DNA of 64,000 nt, from contig NC_052160.1 in the NCBI RefSeq assembly GCF_902713615.1, positions 46,404,719 through 46,468,718 on the forward strand, in the 5' to 3' direction. Positions within the stretch are counted from its first letter, which is position 1; each line of letters begins with the position of its first letter. Under the pieces are notes generated by a model. That model worked only from the letters and a program-made list of their open reading frames with translations. It made no database searches and was not told where the DNA came from. Positions 47,755 through 60,443 of the stretch are shown here, piece by piece. Made by a program: the position numbers and the translations under genes. The DNA is from Scyliorhinus canicula (Eukaryota).

Positions 47755-48950
47755 GTAAAGGTAAACTCGCCGTAGTCCCAGATGACCGTAGGCAGCTTTC
47801 GTCTTTGAATGAAAAGGGTCCAGAGGAGGTTCACAAGAATGATGCCTGGAATGAAGAACTTATCATATGAGGAGAGGTTGAGGACTCTGGCTCTATATAA
47901 TAATCTTTATTCATGTCACAAGTAGGCTTACATTAACACTGCAATGAAGTTACTGTGAAAATCCCCGATTCGCCACACTCTGGCGAGTGTTCGGTACACC
48001 GAGGGAGAATTCAGAATGTTCAATTCACCTAACAAACATGTCTTTTGGGATTTGTGATGGGAAACCGGAGCACCCGGAGGAAACCCACGCAGATACGGGG
48101 AGAACCTGCGGACTTTGCACAGACAGTGACTCAACCAACTCGTTGGAGTTTAGACAGATGAGGGGGAGATCCTATTGAAACTTGCAGGGTACTGAGGCCT
48201 AGATAGAGCGGATGTGGAGAGAATGTTTCCACGAATAGGAAAAACTAGAACCCGAGGCCACCGCCTTAGACTGAAGGGACAACCCTTTAAAACTGAGATG
48301 AGAGGGGGTATTCCTTCAACCAGAGGGTGGTGAATATGTGGAAGTCATTGCCGCAGAAGGCTGTGGAGGCCAAATCACGAAGTGTCTTTAAGACAGAGAT
48401 GGATAAGGTTTTATAAAAAATAAATTTAAAGTATCCAATTCTTTTTTTTCTAATTAAGGGGCAATTTAGTATGGCCAGTCTACCTACCCTGCCCATCTTT
48501 GGATCTTTAGGTTGTAGGGGTGAGACCTACGCAACACGGGAAGAATGTGCAAACTCCATATGGACAGTGACCCGGGGCCGGGATCGAACCTGGGTCCTCA
48601 GCGGCATGAGGCAACAGTGCTAATCACTGCGTCACCGTGCTGCCTGCAGATAAATAAGGGGTTCTTGATTAATAAGGGGAATCGGGGGTATGGGGAGTGG
48701 GTCGGTGAATGGGAATGAGAAACATAATAGCCACGATTGAATGACAGAGCATACTCGATGCCCTGAATGACTCCTATGTTTTATGGTCTTATGGGGTGAC
48801 TGTTGGTGATTTAACCTGATGATCACCACACCTAAGCCGAGGGGCAAGGTTGGGAAGGCGTGCCTTCATGAATAACCTCAGCCGGTACAGGAATTGAACC
48901 TGCGCTGCTGGCTTTGCATCACGAACCAGTTGTCTAGCCAATTGAACTGA
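47755..48950. mobile_element. Nested cluster: split SINE (-) containing a CR1 3' fragment (+, ~47809-48792) that contains two V-SINEs (-, 47897-48133 and 48410-48645)
   Basis: Each host sequence resumes after its insert. Confidence 0.75.
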
Positions 48951-49203
48951 ACTGGGAACCAAAAATTGATCAGGCCATCTGAGATAGTTCCCCTGCTCTT
49001 CAACATAATACCGTGGGATCTTTTACATTAAAATGGGGCCTTGGTTTATTATCATAGATTTCATAGAATTTACAGGAATTTACATCGAACCTGGGACTCG
49101 GTGCTGTGAGGCAGCAGTGCTAACCACTGCGGCACTGTGCAGCCCTTGGAGTAGAACTTCAAGCCAGAATCTTGTGATTCAGAAGTGAGAGTGCTACTAA
49201 GCG

Positions 49204-50159
49204 TGTTGCTCGTTTTACTGGAGTGTATTAACACGCCTCCGTTTAAAGGCCGTGTGCTTAACACTACTATGGCTCTGTGTATGTAATTATGCTCAGGAGT
49301 CGCCAGGTGCCGTATTTAGACACTTCACAAGTATATCAAGGTCAGGTTCAAAGTAATAAATCTGTACACCAATTAGTAAGTCCAAACGATTGATATTTAT
49401 TATGACAAATATAATAAATACACATGCATACGCTAAAGAGACTAACTTACTTCTAATACTAAACAACTAAAATACTTATCTAGACAGGAACAGTCAAGGT
49501 CAGGGAACAAGGCCTTCGTCCCGTTCTTGGTCTGCAACTCTCAGGTACTTAAAGTTGTCAGGATCTAGCAAGGTCTGGATCACGTAGCGATCGTTGTATT
49601 GGCACTTACAGTTCGATGGCTGATGCTCAACGGCCGGTGCTGAAACTGGAGTCAGGATGCGATGTAACAAGTCTGGGCCGGAGTCTGGAAGCAACAGCAG
49701 ATCTGGGCCGGAGCAAAGCAGACCGAACCATGTGCGGGGTCTACTTTTATAGTTCCTAGAAGTCCGTGCCCCTTCGGGGCGGTCCTTTTACCTGCCCAAT
49801 CGATATCTTCTAAACCCCCCCAATCTGAGGGTCGTTCCTCGATGGGTGGGGCGGTCCCTATGGTTCTTTGTGTTGGATACTGTGGTGCCATTCTGTCTGG
49901 GCGTCTACTCAAAAGTATCCATTGATACTTAAATGTTTCTATTGTGCGGGGTCTGGATCTGGATCACCTCATTACTATGTAGATCTTGTTGCCATTTACA
50001 CCTTTGGCTGAAACTCTGCACCTGGCCAAAAACTGGTTTCTGTACGTGCAGAATGCTAATTAGTCTTCTGCAAACTGCTTGTCCTTGCTAAGACTGTTTT
50101 TCCCTGCAGCCTTAGCAGTTCTCCATTTTGTACCCCAGTGTCCATCTTAGATGGCTGCA
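49204..50159 (-). mobile_element. Solo LTR (956 bp) in MAD1L1 intron 1
   Basis: TG...CA ends; 4-bp TSD agcg/agtg; minus-strand TATAAAA (~49750) and AATAAA (~49400); splits a DeuSINE-like remnant. Confidence 0.72.
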
Positions 50160-51430
50160 AGTGAGCTAAGCACCTTTTAGGAGAGCAACAGAAACAAGAA
50201 AATTAGTAAACAAAGACCTACCTCGGGTAAACGTATTGACTAAATAATAATGAGCAGGTATGGCTGTTTAATTAAAAATTGACCACAAGAAATATGCATC
50301 CCTCTACCATCTCAACTACTCCTCGTTTTAACATTTCATCTGAAATGATGTTGCAACCTCTATGACTCTCTCCCATTTGCTGGGGTTTCTTTTTCTGTTT
50401 TCTAGATCTCTGTTCTTGCACCTTTTGCTGTTTAATGCCTGAGAGTGTTGACTGTAGGTTTCTGTCAAGTGATTTCTTTTCCCTCAGAAGGAGACATCCA
50501 GCAGAGGGACACACTATTCAAAGTTTCTGCTCTCTTGAAAAGTTGGTTATGTCACTGTTGCATAGCTTGCTTGTACATCTAAGTATTCACTGTTAGGCTG
50601 TTTCAATTTTAACCAGTGATCTATTAAAGTTTGAAGTTTATGTTTAATGCATGGCCTTTAAATTAAATTTCCTGCTCTGGAGAATTATACATCACTGCTT
50701 GTCTCCAGAGTTGAGTCCATAATCCAGGATGACACTTGTCGTGCAGTATTGCCGAGTGCCACCATGTTGGAGGTTAAACCCAGGCCCCATCTGCCTCCCA
50801 AGTGTATGTAGAAGATACCGTAATACTATTTTGACCAAGAATTTCTCTCTGATATCCCGCAAATATTTATTCCTCCGTCAACATCATTAAAATAGATGTT
50901 CTGTTTGCTGTCACATTTGTGCTTTTGGGATTTTATGCAAAATGTTATCTACATTTCAAAGTGACTATACTTCATAAAGACCTAATTGGCTGCAAAGCAC
51001 TTCAGAAAATGGAGGTTGTGAAAAGTGTTCTAGAAATGCAAGTTACTATTTGTGATGATCGTCTATTGTGATTACAGAAGCCATATGGAAGGATGAATGA
51101 CTTGATATAATCCTGTTCTTGAAATTTGCAGGGACTGGGAGGTTTGAGAATGCTGAGAAGAAGGCAGATTCCCGGATCTCCCAGCACTGCCTTCCCATAT
51201 CAAACCACATAGATAAAATTCAGAGGATCAATAACTCCCAAAACTGTTCTTGTGCAGCTCTTGGCAATTGGTTTGGACAAATATCCGGGAGAAAATCAAT
51301 TTCTTGTGCTTTTGACTGGGATGGGGAGACTAAAGAGAATAAAATTAACTTTTAAAATGTATTTTTAATGAATCTTTTCCCTTAAATGAGTTTTACTGTA
51401 TTTTTTGACAGTTGCAAGGCAGGATACAGA

Positions 51431-51580
51431 ATGGATGATTTAGGAGAGAATACCACCGTCTTTTCCACTTTACGCTCCTTCAACAATTTCTTGTCCGAAG
51501 GCTCGGCTCCAATACCCAGGTTAAGTGAGCCAAGCTCCACGTCAAGAATGTTGCAGTTGCAGTATGAGCAGAGGATCCAG
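51431..51580 (+). CDS. MAD1L1: Mitotic spindle checkpoint protein MAD1, first coding exon
   Basis: Acceptor at 51411; MDDLGENTTVFSTLRSFNNFLSEG...MLQLQYEQRIQ|gttagt. Confidence 0.95.
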
Positions 51581-51765
51581 GTTAGTACATTGTCAGCTTC
51601 ACAATGTTGATATGATGAGGAAGAATGAGTCTGAAGTTGATCCATAAAATCCATACAGTGCAGATAGATGCTATTCGGCCTATCGAGTCTGTACTGATCC
51701 TCTGAAAGAGCACCGTACCTCGGCCCACTCCCCCGCCCTATCCCTGTAACTCCACATAAAGGTCA

Positions 51766-52310
51766 CGGCTGGATTCTCCGCAGCACTGCGGCAAAATCGC
51801 CTTTGGTGCTGGGGCGGAGTATCAACTTACCCGGCACCGGTCCGGTGATTCACCGGGCACCGAATATCCGCGTGTCCGTGAATTACTCTGCGCAGCTTGG
51901 GGGCCATTTCCAGAGGCCCGCCCAGCGATACTCCGCTCCCAATCGGCTGAGTTCCCGACGGCGTGGAACTAACATGATATGCCTGGTCAGGACTCTTACG
52001 TGGCGGCTACGGACTGAATTCGCCGCAGCCCTGGTTGGGGCGGGGGCACGAGCACCGGGGGCAGGCCTTATAAGTGGCCGGGGCACAGATCGGGCTGGTG
52101 TGATGCAGGGGCACGCGACCGATCAGGGAGGCCTACATTACGGAGCTGCCTCTGCGGTCTGAGTCTGACATAGCACTCGCCGCGGCCGCTGGAGGCCGCC
52201 GCCGTGCGCATGTACGGACCCAAAATCAGAAGTGCGGGGGCCCGCATCTGCAGCTAAAGCTGCGTGAATTACTCCGGGTACCTGCTAGCCCCCTGAAGGT
52301 AGGTGAATTG
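51766..52310. mobile_element. GC/CpG-rich non-autonomous element fragment
   Basis: Abrupt CpG-rich insert starting ggctggattctcc within an AT-rich intron. Confidence 0.45.
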
Positions 52311-52533
52311 GTTTATACGAATTTCTACGAACAATGCTTACAGCAACTAATAAACGTTTTAAACTTCAAACATTAGAATACTGTGCAGCTTTAACTACTT
52401 GATTAAGTAAACGTCAATGTATCCTTCAACTATACATTGCGACTCACTACTTATTTAATCATCTATTGCTGGCTGGTGATTATACAATAATTTTTGATCA
52501 ATACATGTGATTGATTATGAAATGCAGAATACA

Positions 52534-52767
52534 GGGCAGCACGGTGGCACAGTGGTTAGCATTGCTGCCTACGGCGCTGAGGACCCGGGTTTGAATCCCG
52601 GTCCTGGGTCACTGTCCGTGTGGAGTTTGCACATTCTCCCTGTGTCTGCGTGGGTTTCACCCCCACAACCCAAAGATGTGCAGGATAGGTAGATTGGCCA
52701 CTCTAAATTGCCCCTTAATTGGAAAAAAATAATTGGGTACTCTTAAATTAAAAAAAATAAATAAATA
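52534..52767 (+). mobile_element. Short poly(A) V-SINE
   Basis: 14-bp TSD aaatgcagaataca at 52520-52533 and 52768-52781. Confidence 0.9.
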
Positions 52768-52889
52768 AAATGCAGAATACAAAATGTTTTATTTTTTAGC
52801 CCAATGTTAGTACAAAATGGCATCTTGACCATGTTAGCTTACTAAAGTAAGCATAATGTAAAAACTCCCTAAACATGGTCGCGTTAGGC

Positions 52890-53694
52890 TAGTGATGGAC
52901 AACCTAAGCTAGTGATTGGGATGCATGAGTGGCCCTTCTTCATCTCAGTGGGCCACAAGATTGAAATCCGGCTCCATCACTAACCATGACCACATAAATA
53001 AGATTAAATATATTTAATACATGCCAAATATTCAGAGGCAGACTTTCAATGTAACATACAGTGCCGCAACGTGGGGTGCATACGGAGAGGTGATTGTTGT
53101 GGTGGGAACATCACTCAGAGCCTTGGTAGCTCTAAATCTGCTGATAGGGTCAACCAGCAGGCAATACAGAACAGTATCGGGCTCTGGTGGACTCCTCTTT
53201 AGCGTGGACATTAATAAAGATTATTATAATATTGTTTTTGTATGTTTTTTGGTTTCAGTAATTTCTCTCTCTGATTGGGGTTGGGCTTGATGTCATTAGG
53301 GTGGACTGTCATGCCACCAGAGGGCGAGACCTGACATTGGGTACCCGCAAAGAGGGAGAGGACGGGGCTGTCAAAACTGTAAGCCCACATGTGCCAATGT
53401 TACATAACAAGTTATGGAAAATGCTTAATCATCTGTACATTAATGGAACTATCAACTTCATATGGGAAAAACAAGTTCTCGCAGTCTGTGTGCAATCAGC
53501 ATGCATCTCTTTTCACTTGCCCTTGCATGCATATCATTTCCGTCATACTGCTAGGAAAAAAAAACTACATGGACAGAAATCAGTGGCATGTGGCAACCTT
53601 GCATGTGGTAACGGTAAACAAAATTTGTCGTAGGCTGCGCTGTGAATCCAGATGGGCCGCATGTGGCCTCCAGACCACAGGTTGCCCACCTCTG
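52890..53694. mobile_element. Old hAT-like non-autonomous DNA transposon
   Basis: Degenerate TIRs tagtgatggacaacct / aggttgcccacctctg; subterminal gggccgcatgtggcc; 8-bp flanks share only a central TAG. Confidence 0.5.
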
Positions 53695-54692
53695 AGATAG
53701 ACTAAAATCTACTGTCCAGGTCTACCTGTGTCACACTGAGAAAAATGATACGACCATGTCATAAAATGGTTTTATATTTATTCTTAGGCTAATGTAAAAA
53801 CATGTCAACATCAGAACATTACGATGTTTATTTGTATTTGATGTAATGTATTTTATTTGCCTTTAGGCAGCTTGTTTATTTACACTGTATGAGTTTGTTT
53901 ATTATTTCAGATCATCAAACATTTACATGATTAAATATATATTTCAAAGTTTAAGGTGAATGAAGATTTATCCACAGTAAACTACCATGGCCATGAAGAT
54001 CACCTCAACTTTTTTTTAAAGTCAGCAAAAGGAGGATAACATACATATGCCCAGGGTACCTCATTTGAATAAATTGAGCCCTGAATCAAAGCGGTGGAAC
54101 CGAGTATGTTTTTACCCAATGTCCACATATGTCACCACAGCAACACTGGCAGACTTTTAATTGTCTGTTCTTCCTCCTGTCCCTGTGACACGGAAGATTA
54201 TTGTTGTGTTTCTAAATGCTCCCTGGCTGGTATATTTGGGTCAACATAGACCAGGCAATCATTCCAACACAGCACAAGACCTGTTAATCAGAATGTTTGT
54301 TGTGAACAAGTAAAGCTGTTTTAAAAGACCTGCATTTATATAAAATTTTTGATGACTAGAAAATCTCAAAGTATTGTGCAGCCAACCGTTGAAGTGCAGT
54401 CACCAATGTAATATCGCAAATGCAGCAGCTAATTTATGCACACCAAGGTCCAAATGTGTTTGGGGAATGAAGGGATACAGGGACAGAATGGGAAAGTGGT
54501 ATTGGTGTAAAAATTCAGCACTGTTATTGAGTTATGCAGTAGGGCTATCTATGGCAATTTCTTATGTTCTTAATGTCTTCTAATCTGGTGCATGTATCCC
54601 TTTCATTTTCCTTGCCTCTTGCCCTCAGTCAACTCCCTAACAAGGTTAAAATAGGTATGTGTTAACATTTTTTTTTGCTGCATATTTTCCAG

Positions 54693-54833
54693 GCCGAAGA
54701 ACAGGCTGAGTACGTTCGTTCCCATTCACGCATTATAGAGGTGGAACGGGAGAAACAGAAGATGGAGGTCAGCCACAAAAGGGCCAGAATTGAGCTGGAG
54801 AAGGCAGCACAAACTAGTGCCTGGAACTATGAG
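54693..54833 (+). CDS. MAD1L1: MAD1 coding exon 2 (141 nt)
   Basis: ttccag|[47 protein letters not shown]|gtattt. Confidence 0.95.
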
Positions 54834-54867
54834 GTATTTGGGTCGATGAAGGGATTTTCAAAATATA

Positions 54868-55093
54868 TTTGTTTTTAAAAAACATTTAAAGTACCCAATT
54901 TTTTTTCCAATCAAGGGGAAATTTAGCATGGCCAATCCACCCACCCTGCACATCTCTGGGTTGTTGGGGTGAATCCCACTCGAACAAGGGGAGAATATGC
55001 AAACTCTACACGGACAGTGACCCAGTGCTGGGATCGAACCCGGGTCCTCAGTGCCGTGAGGCAGTAGTGCTAATCACTGCACCACGTGCCACC
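54868..55093 (-). mobile_element. Short poly(A) V-SINE
   Basis: TSD tttcaaaatata at 54856-54867 and 55101-55112. Confidence 0.85.
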
Positions 55094-55114
55094 TCGTGAG
55101 TTTCAAAATATAAG

Positions 55115-56712
55115 CATCAGCTTGAAAGTGAATCCGCAGAAAGCGACAGGCCCTGACGGAGTCCCTGGGCCAGCACTCAGAGCCTGCGCAGACCAGCTGG
55201 CGAGTGTATTTGCAGATATCTTCACCACCTCACTCCTCCACTCTGAGGTCCCCACATCCTTCAAGAAGGCCACCATAATACCAGTACCAAAGAAGAACAA
55301 GGTAGCATGTCTGTACGACTACCGACCGGTGGCCCTAACGCCTGTTATCATGAAATGCTTTGAGCAGCTATTCATGAGACCGATCACTGCCAGCGTCCCA
55401 GACGGTCTCGATCCACTGCAGTTTGCCTATCACCGCAACCGCTATCTCACTGGCTCTGCAATCAACACTCGGAACACCTCAACAACAGGGACACCTATGT
55501 AAGATTGTTGTTCATAAACTATAGCTCTGCCTTCAACACCATTATCCCAACAAAACTAATAACCTAACTCCGCAATCTTGTACCTGACCTCTCCCTGTGC
55601 AGCCGGACCCTCGACTTCATCGCCAACGACCGCAATCTGTCAGGATAGGCAGCAGTACCTCTTCCCCAATAGTCCTCAACATGCATGGATGTGTGCTCAG
55701 TCCTCTACTGAACTCCCTATACACCCATGACTATGTGGCAAGATTTAACTCCAACTCAATCTATAAGTTTGCGGATGATATGACTGTGGTGGGCCGCATC
55801 TCAAACAACAACAAATCAGACTACAGGAGGGAGATAAATCACTTGGTTGCATGGTGTACCGAAACCAACCTCTCTAAATGTTGGAAAGACCAAAGAAATG
55901 ATCATCAACTTCAGGAAGTGCAGCACGACACACACACCCATCTGCATCAATGGCTCCGAAATGGAGATGGTCGATAGCTTTAAGTTCCTGGGGATCATCA
56001 TCACCAACAGTCTGTCCTGGTCCACTCACATTGATGTAACAGTCAAGAAAGCCCACCAACATCTCTACTTCCTACGGAAGCTAAAGAAATTTGGCATGTC
56101 TGCATCGACTCTCACAAACTTCTACAGATGTGCAATAGAGAGTATTCTATCCGGCTGCATCACAGCCTGGTATGGCAACTGCTCAAACCAAGATCGCAAG
56201 AAACTGCAGACTGGTGAATTCAGCCCAACGCATCACACAAACTTGCCACCCCCACATTGATTCTGTATACACCTCTCGCTGCCTCAGGAAGGTAGACAGC
56301 ATTATCAGAGACCCCTCCCACCCAAGCATTGCCTTCCTCCAGATCCTTCCATCAGGCAGAAGGTAGAGAAGTCTGAAGATTCGCACATCCAGATATAGGA
56401 ACAACTTCTTCCCCACAGCTACAAGACTCCTCAATGACTCCTCCTCTGACTGATCTGTTCCCTGTAAGCTGACTGATCTGTTCCCTGTAAGAACACTATT
56501 CACGACACCCTATGCTGCTCTTGCTCATGTATGTGCTTTGTTTGGCCCCTTGTTCCGCACTGTAACCAATCACTGTTTTGTCGATATACCATTTGTCAAT
56601 GTTCCCTGTTGGTTATTCTTGTGTCTACTATGTACATACTGTGTATGTTCCTCGGCCGCAGAAAAATACTTTTCACTGTATTTCGGTACATGTGACAATA
56701 AATCAAATCAAA
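55115..56712 (+). mobile_element. Rex1/Babar-clade LINE, 5'-truncated
   Basis: KATGPDGVPGPALRACADQLASVF, DYRPVALT, IYKFADD, IESILSGCITAWYG; tail aataaatcaaatcaaatc. Confidence 0.88.
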
Positions 56713-57171
56713 TCTTCAAACTGTTCTGACATCAAAATGCTCTTTGCATTTCAGATTGTTCTGTGTTCCTCGTCACCTGCTTTTTGCCAATGTTACAGTA
56801 TTACTAGTTGCAAGGGCTTCCTCTCGGTTATTAGTCTAGGGCCTTAGATCACCAATCTAACATAACTACTACAGTAAAGAAAGAGAATTCTCTTGGAGGT
56901 CTGTCAGACTGCGAATCCTTCCACTACTTCACAACTTCTCCAAGAAAAAAAGTTTTTATATCTCCAAACACTGACAACTAAAGGCTGTGATCAACAGGTT
57001 TTTGGGGTTTATATGCTGGGGAAGTAGGAGGTGACCTCAAACTGACCTACAAATCTAGGCTAGTTGTCCTTATTTCTGTTACAATTCAAATTGTAGCCAT
57101 TAATATTTTCTATGAATATTCTGGTTTTTATTATTTGAAGTAACAATTTTCTGTTTTTCCCTCTAATGTAG

Positions 57172-57351
57172 CGAGAGGCAGATCGGAACCTGGAGCTAAT
57201 AACTCAAGTGAAGCAAATGCAGGAGAAGGAGTTAGAGGCTGTGGCAAAATTGAAGGATCAGATTGATGTGAATAAGTCACTGAAAGAGGACCTTGGGCTG
57301 CAGAGCAAGAAGCTTCAAGAGAAAGAAGAAAAGCATGCTGAAACCAATCGG
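57172..57351 (+). CDS. MAD1L1: MAD1 coding exon 3 (180 nt)
   Basis: atgtag|READRNLELITQVKQMQEKELEAVAKLKDQIDVNKSLKEDLGLQSKKLQEKEEKHAETNR|gtaagg; coiled-coil character. Confidence 0.94.
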
Positions 57352-58625
57352 GTAAGGCATTGCATAATATTTAAACGGCTAATCTAAATCGCAAATGGCA
57401 GTTTTATTATATTAAAGCATATTTTATTCGCCCTATTTCCTCATCTTTTACCATTTTTATTGAATATGGCTGAAAAGAAGGACATGCTGCCGAAGCTTTT
57501 TGTCTTGCACTCATTAGGACAAATGCAAGGTACAAAGCTTGAACATATTACTTGTATTTGCAGAGAACCGTGCCCTATGTATGAATGTGTGTCGCTTCTA
57601 GCAAGTATAAATGAGCCACATGGTGATCTCAACTGCTTATCTTAAATTGGTATTTATTGCACCTAGGATTGTTCAGCAAGTGCTGCCCAATTGTGGAATC
57701 ACATCTAACAAAATATGTTTTGTTTTGGGTTTTGCAAGCCTGGACTGGTTGGAATCGGTCTATACTCAGCGTATTGCAATCTAGGGAACATGTTGTTTGA
57801 TTCCATCAGCCAATCATTAGGACATATATTCTATGTACCTGGCACTGAATTCACTCACTGAAAGAATGCTGCTGTCAGTTCAGAAAGAGGGTCTGCCCAT
57901 GACACATTGAGCAACGTCGTATATGAATTTTAGTGTTGGTGCAATGTCAGGGGAGTAGGCTGTACATTCCAAAGATTGGCAAATTGAGTCAAACAGTATT
58001 GATTCCGCAATTGGGCAGCACTTGCTGAACAAGCCTGAGTTTGCTAATAGCTACACTAAACCGATTTAATAAATCAGTTGAGCTGATACATTAATACGCA
58101 GGGATCTGTTCTCTGCAAACAAACGGACGTGTTCAAGTCTTGCTCCTTTTTTGAACAACCCTGGAGATTGAGGAGGCTTCTTTCTCCATGGCAACCCCAC
58201 ATGGAGTCGACTTGCCAACCAATCCGTACCCTTTTCTTTTGTAGCATAAATTGTTGTGATTGTTTGAAGTTTGCCCTGATGAGTACAAAATATCTCTTTT
58301 CAGCAATGGTCAAGTTCTGTAATAGCAAGTGACTGTTCATTGTCACGTAAAGCTTAGCCGCAGGTACACTGGTAGGAACCTTTAGGAAGGAGAGAGAGTC
58401 AGAGGGAGAGAATAGGAGATGATTGGGCCTGGATGTCTAAAGGATAATTGCTAGTGGAGGAGTGAAGAAAATTGGGGATCCACAAAAAGTCAGCATTGGA
58501 GGAATGCAGAGATCTCAGTTGGATAACTGGGGGAGATTACAGAGATGGGGAATCCCAGTCCATTGAGGAATTTGAAATCCGACTGAGAACAGGTAACAAT
58601 TCAGGTGGGATCATTAACGCTTTAA

Positions 58626-58940
58626 CAGTGGTTAGCACTGTTGCTTCACCGCTCCAGGATCCCAGTTTCGATTCCCAGCTTGGGTCACTGTCTGTGCAGT
58701 GTATGCATGTTCTCCCAGTGTCTGCGTGGGTTTCCTCTGGGTGCTCCGGTTTTCTCCCACAGTCCAAAGATGTGCAGGTTGGCTGGATTGACCATGCTAA
58801 ATTGCCCTTGGTGTCCAAAAAGGTTAGGTGGGGTTACTGGAATAGGGTGGAGATGTGGGCTTGAGTAGGGTGCTCTTTCCAAGGACCGGTGCAGACTCAA
58901 TGGGCCGAAGGGCCTCCTTCTGCACAGTAAATTCTATGAA
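58626..58940 (+). mobile_element. HE1-like V-SINE, long form
   Basis: Same structure as 289-637. Confidence 0.88.
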
Positions 58941-59222
58941 TTCACGGGGTGGTTGAAAGCAGATGTAGTTCTTGCGACTTGTATCTCATTGTGCAAGTTA
59001 AATATGGGCGAGAAAGTCCTTTCAGCTTATCCAGAAAGAAAGAAATAAACTTGCATTGACCACGCCTAACAACAATAGCAACAACAACTTGTTTTTATAT
59101 AGCACTTTAATGGTAGTAAAACTCCCCACAATGGCTCAGTCGGTAGCACTCACCCCTGAGTTACAGAGTTCTGGGTTTAAGTTTTATTCCTGGGTCTGGG
59201 GATAAAAATCAAGGCTGACACG

Positions 59223-60443
59223 TGAAGTAAAAAACTCACCACTATTCTTAGAATTCCCCCTATACCAAAAAGGGTCAATAAGACATTCTAAATGGTGAAG
59301 AGGGATTCTCACTCCCTGACTCTTATGCAGACTTAGGTGGGTGCTATTCGGGTCAATCTATATTTTCAAGTTATCTCCCGGTATAACCCATATCTTCATA
59401 GAAGATTTAATCTACTTACCACTTAGTAGCCTGGGTCCCGCGTTGCTAAGTAAGTAATAACCACTGTTTCAGGTTAAAACTTTTAGGTTATTTTATTATT
59501 ATATTTTTTCCTTTAAAAGATGCAATCACTGTCTTCACAGAAAAGTAAAAAGATCTTGCTTCTGGATTCTCCTGGTTGGTTGAAAAAACCTTCAGGTCTA
59601 CCTTGACAATCTCTCTTCTTTATCTTTTGGTTTTCTCCTGATGGATTCGCTGTTCTGCTTGGTTTTCGTGTTCTAGCCTTCCCATGACTGAGAGCAGCTA
59701 TGAGAGCTGATTCTGCTGTCTGTTACCGATTTAGGGTTTATATTTCCCTTCTAGCTGTTATTAAGTTTATATGACATTATCGTAAAGTAACTTTGTTTTG
59801 CTCTTGATGTTCAATGTACCTTTAATCTTAATTACTTCTTAATTACTTACATGACTATGTATTCATGTTGAGCATGACTTTTGCTTATCGCACTCTGATT
59901 ACATATTTTCCCTTGTAATGTTCAAAAGTGCTTTGATCCTAGAGGGGTTCTGGTTCCTGTCGTTTCTAAATTTGCTATGTTACCAAATAGTGCCCTTAGC
60001 TTGTCAGAACTCTGACTCCGATTTGGGGTTAACTTGTGCTCTTATGGATACGTCATCTCCGGCTTCCATATTCACCCGGTGTCAGCAGGATTTCACACCG
60101 AAACAATTGTCACCCAATTCAACTGAAGATCCTGGCAATTCTTTTTTAGCTGCTTACTAAGATAATTAACTTCAAAGAAGGTGCAAAATATTGTTTCTCT
60201 CATGTAACTGAAAGTTCAATCTGCTTTAACTTTAAAGACAGGCATCAGTTTTACAGCTTGAGCAGTCACAAGCTGTTTTCTTAACGCCTGTTTGATAAAG
60301 GCCATCTGCATTTCAAAACCTTCTTTTACGGCTGCTGTTCACCCTTCGTGGAATTTTTTCCGACATTTTCTCATGTACCCTCAGGTCAGGTTTTGCCAGA
60401 CTTTCATGTTTCAAATGACATATTTTCCCATTTTTACTTTACA
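59223..60443. mobile_element. Solo LTR (1221 bp) splitting a DeuSINE-like element
   Basis: Imperfect inverted ends tgaagtaaaaa...tttttactttaca; exact 4-bp TSD cacg at 59219-59222 and 60444-60447; host SINE continues on both sides. Confidence 0.75.

Noticed and set aside
51766-52310. CpG island or alternative MAD1L1 promoter
   Set aside because: Abrupt boundaries and similarity to 30523-30906 suggest a repeat insertion
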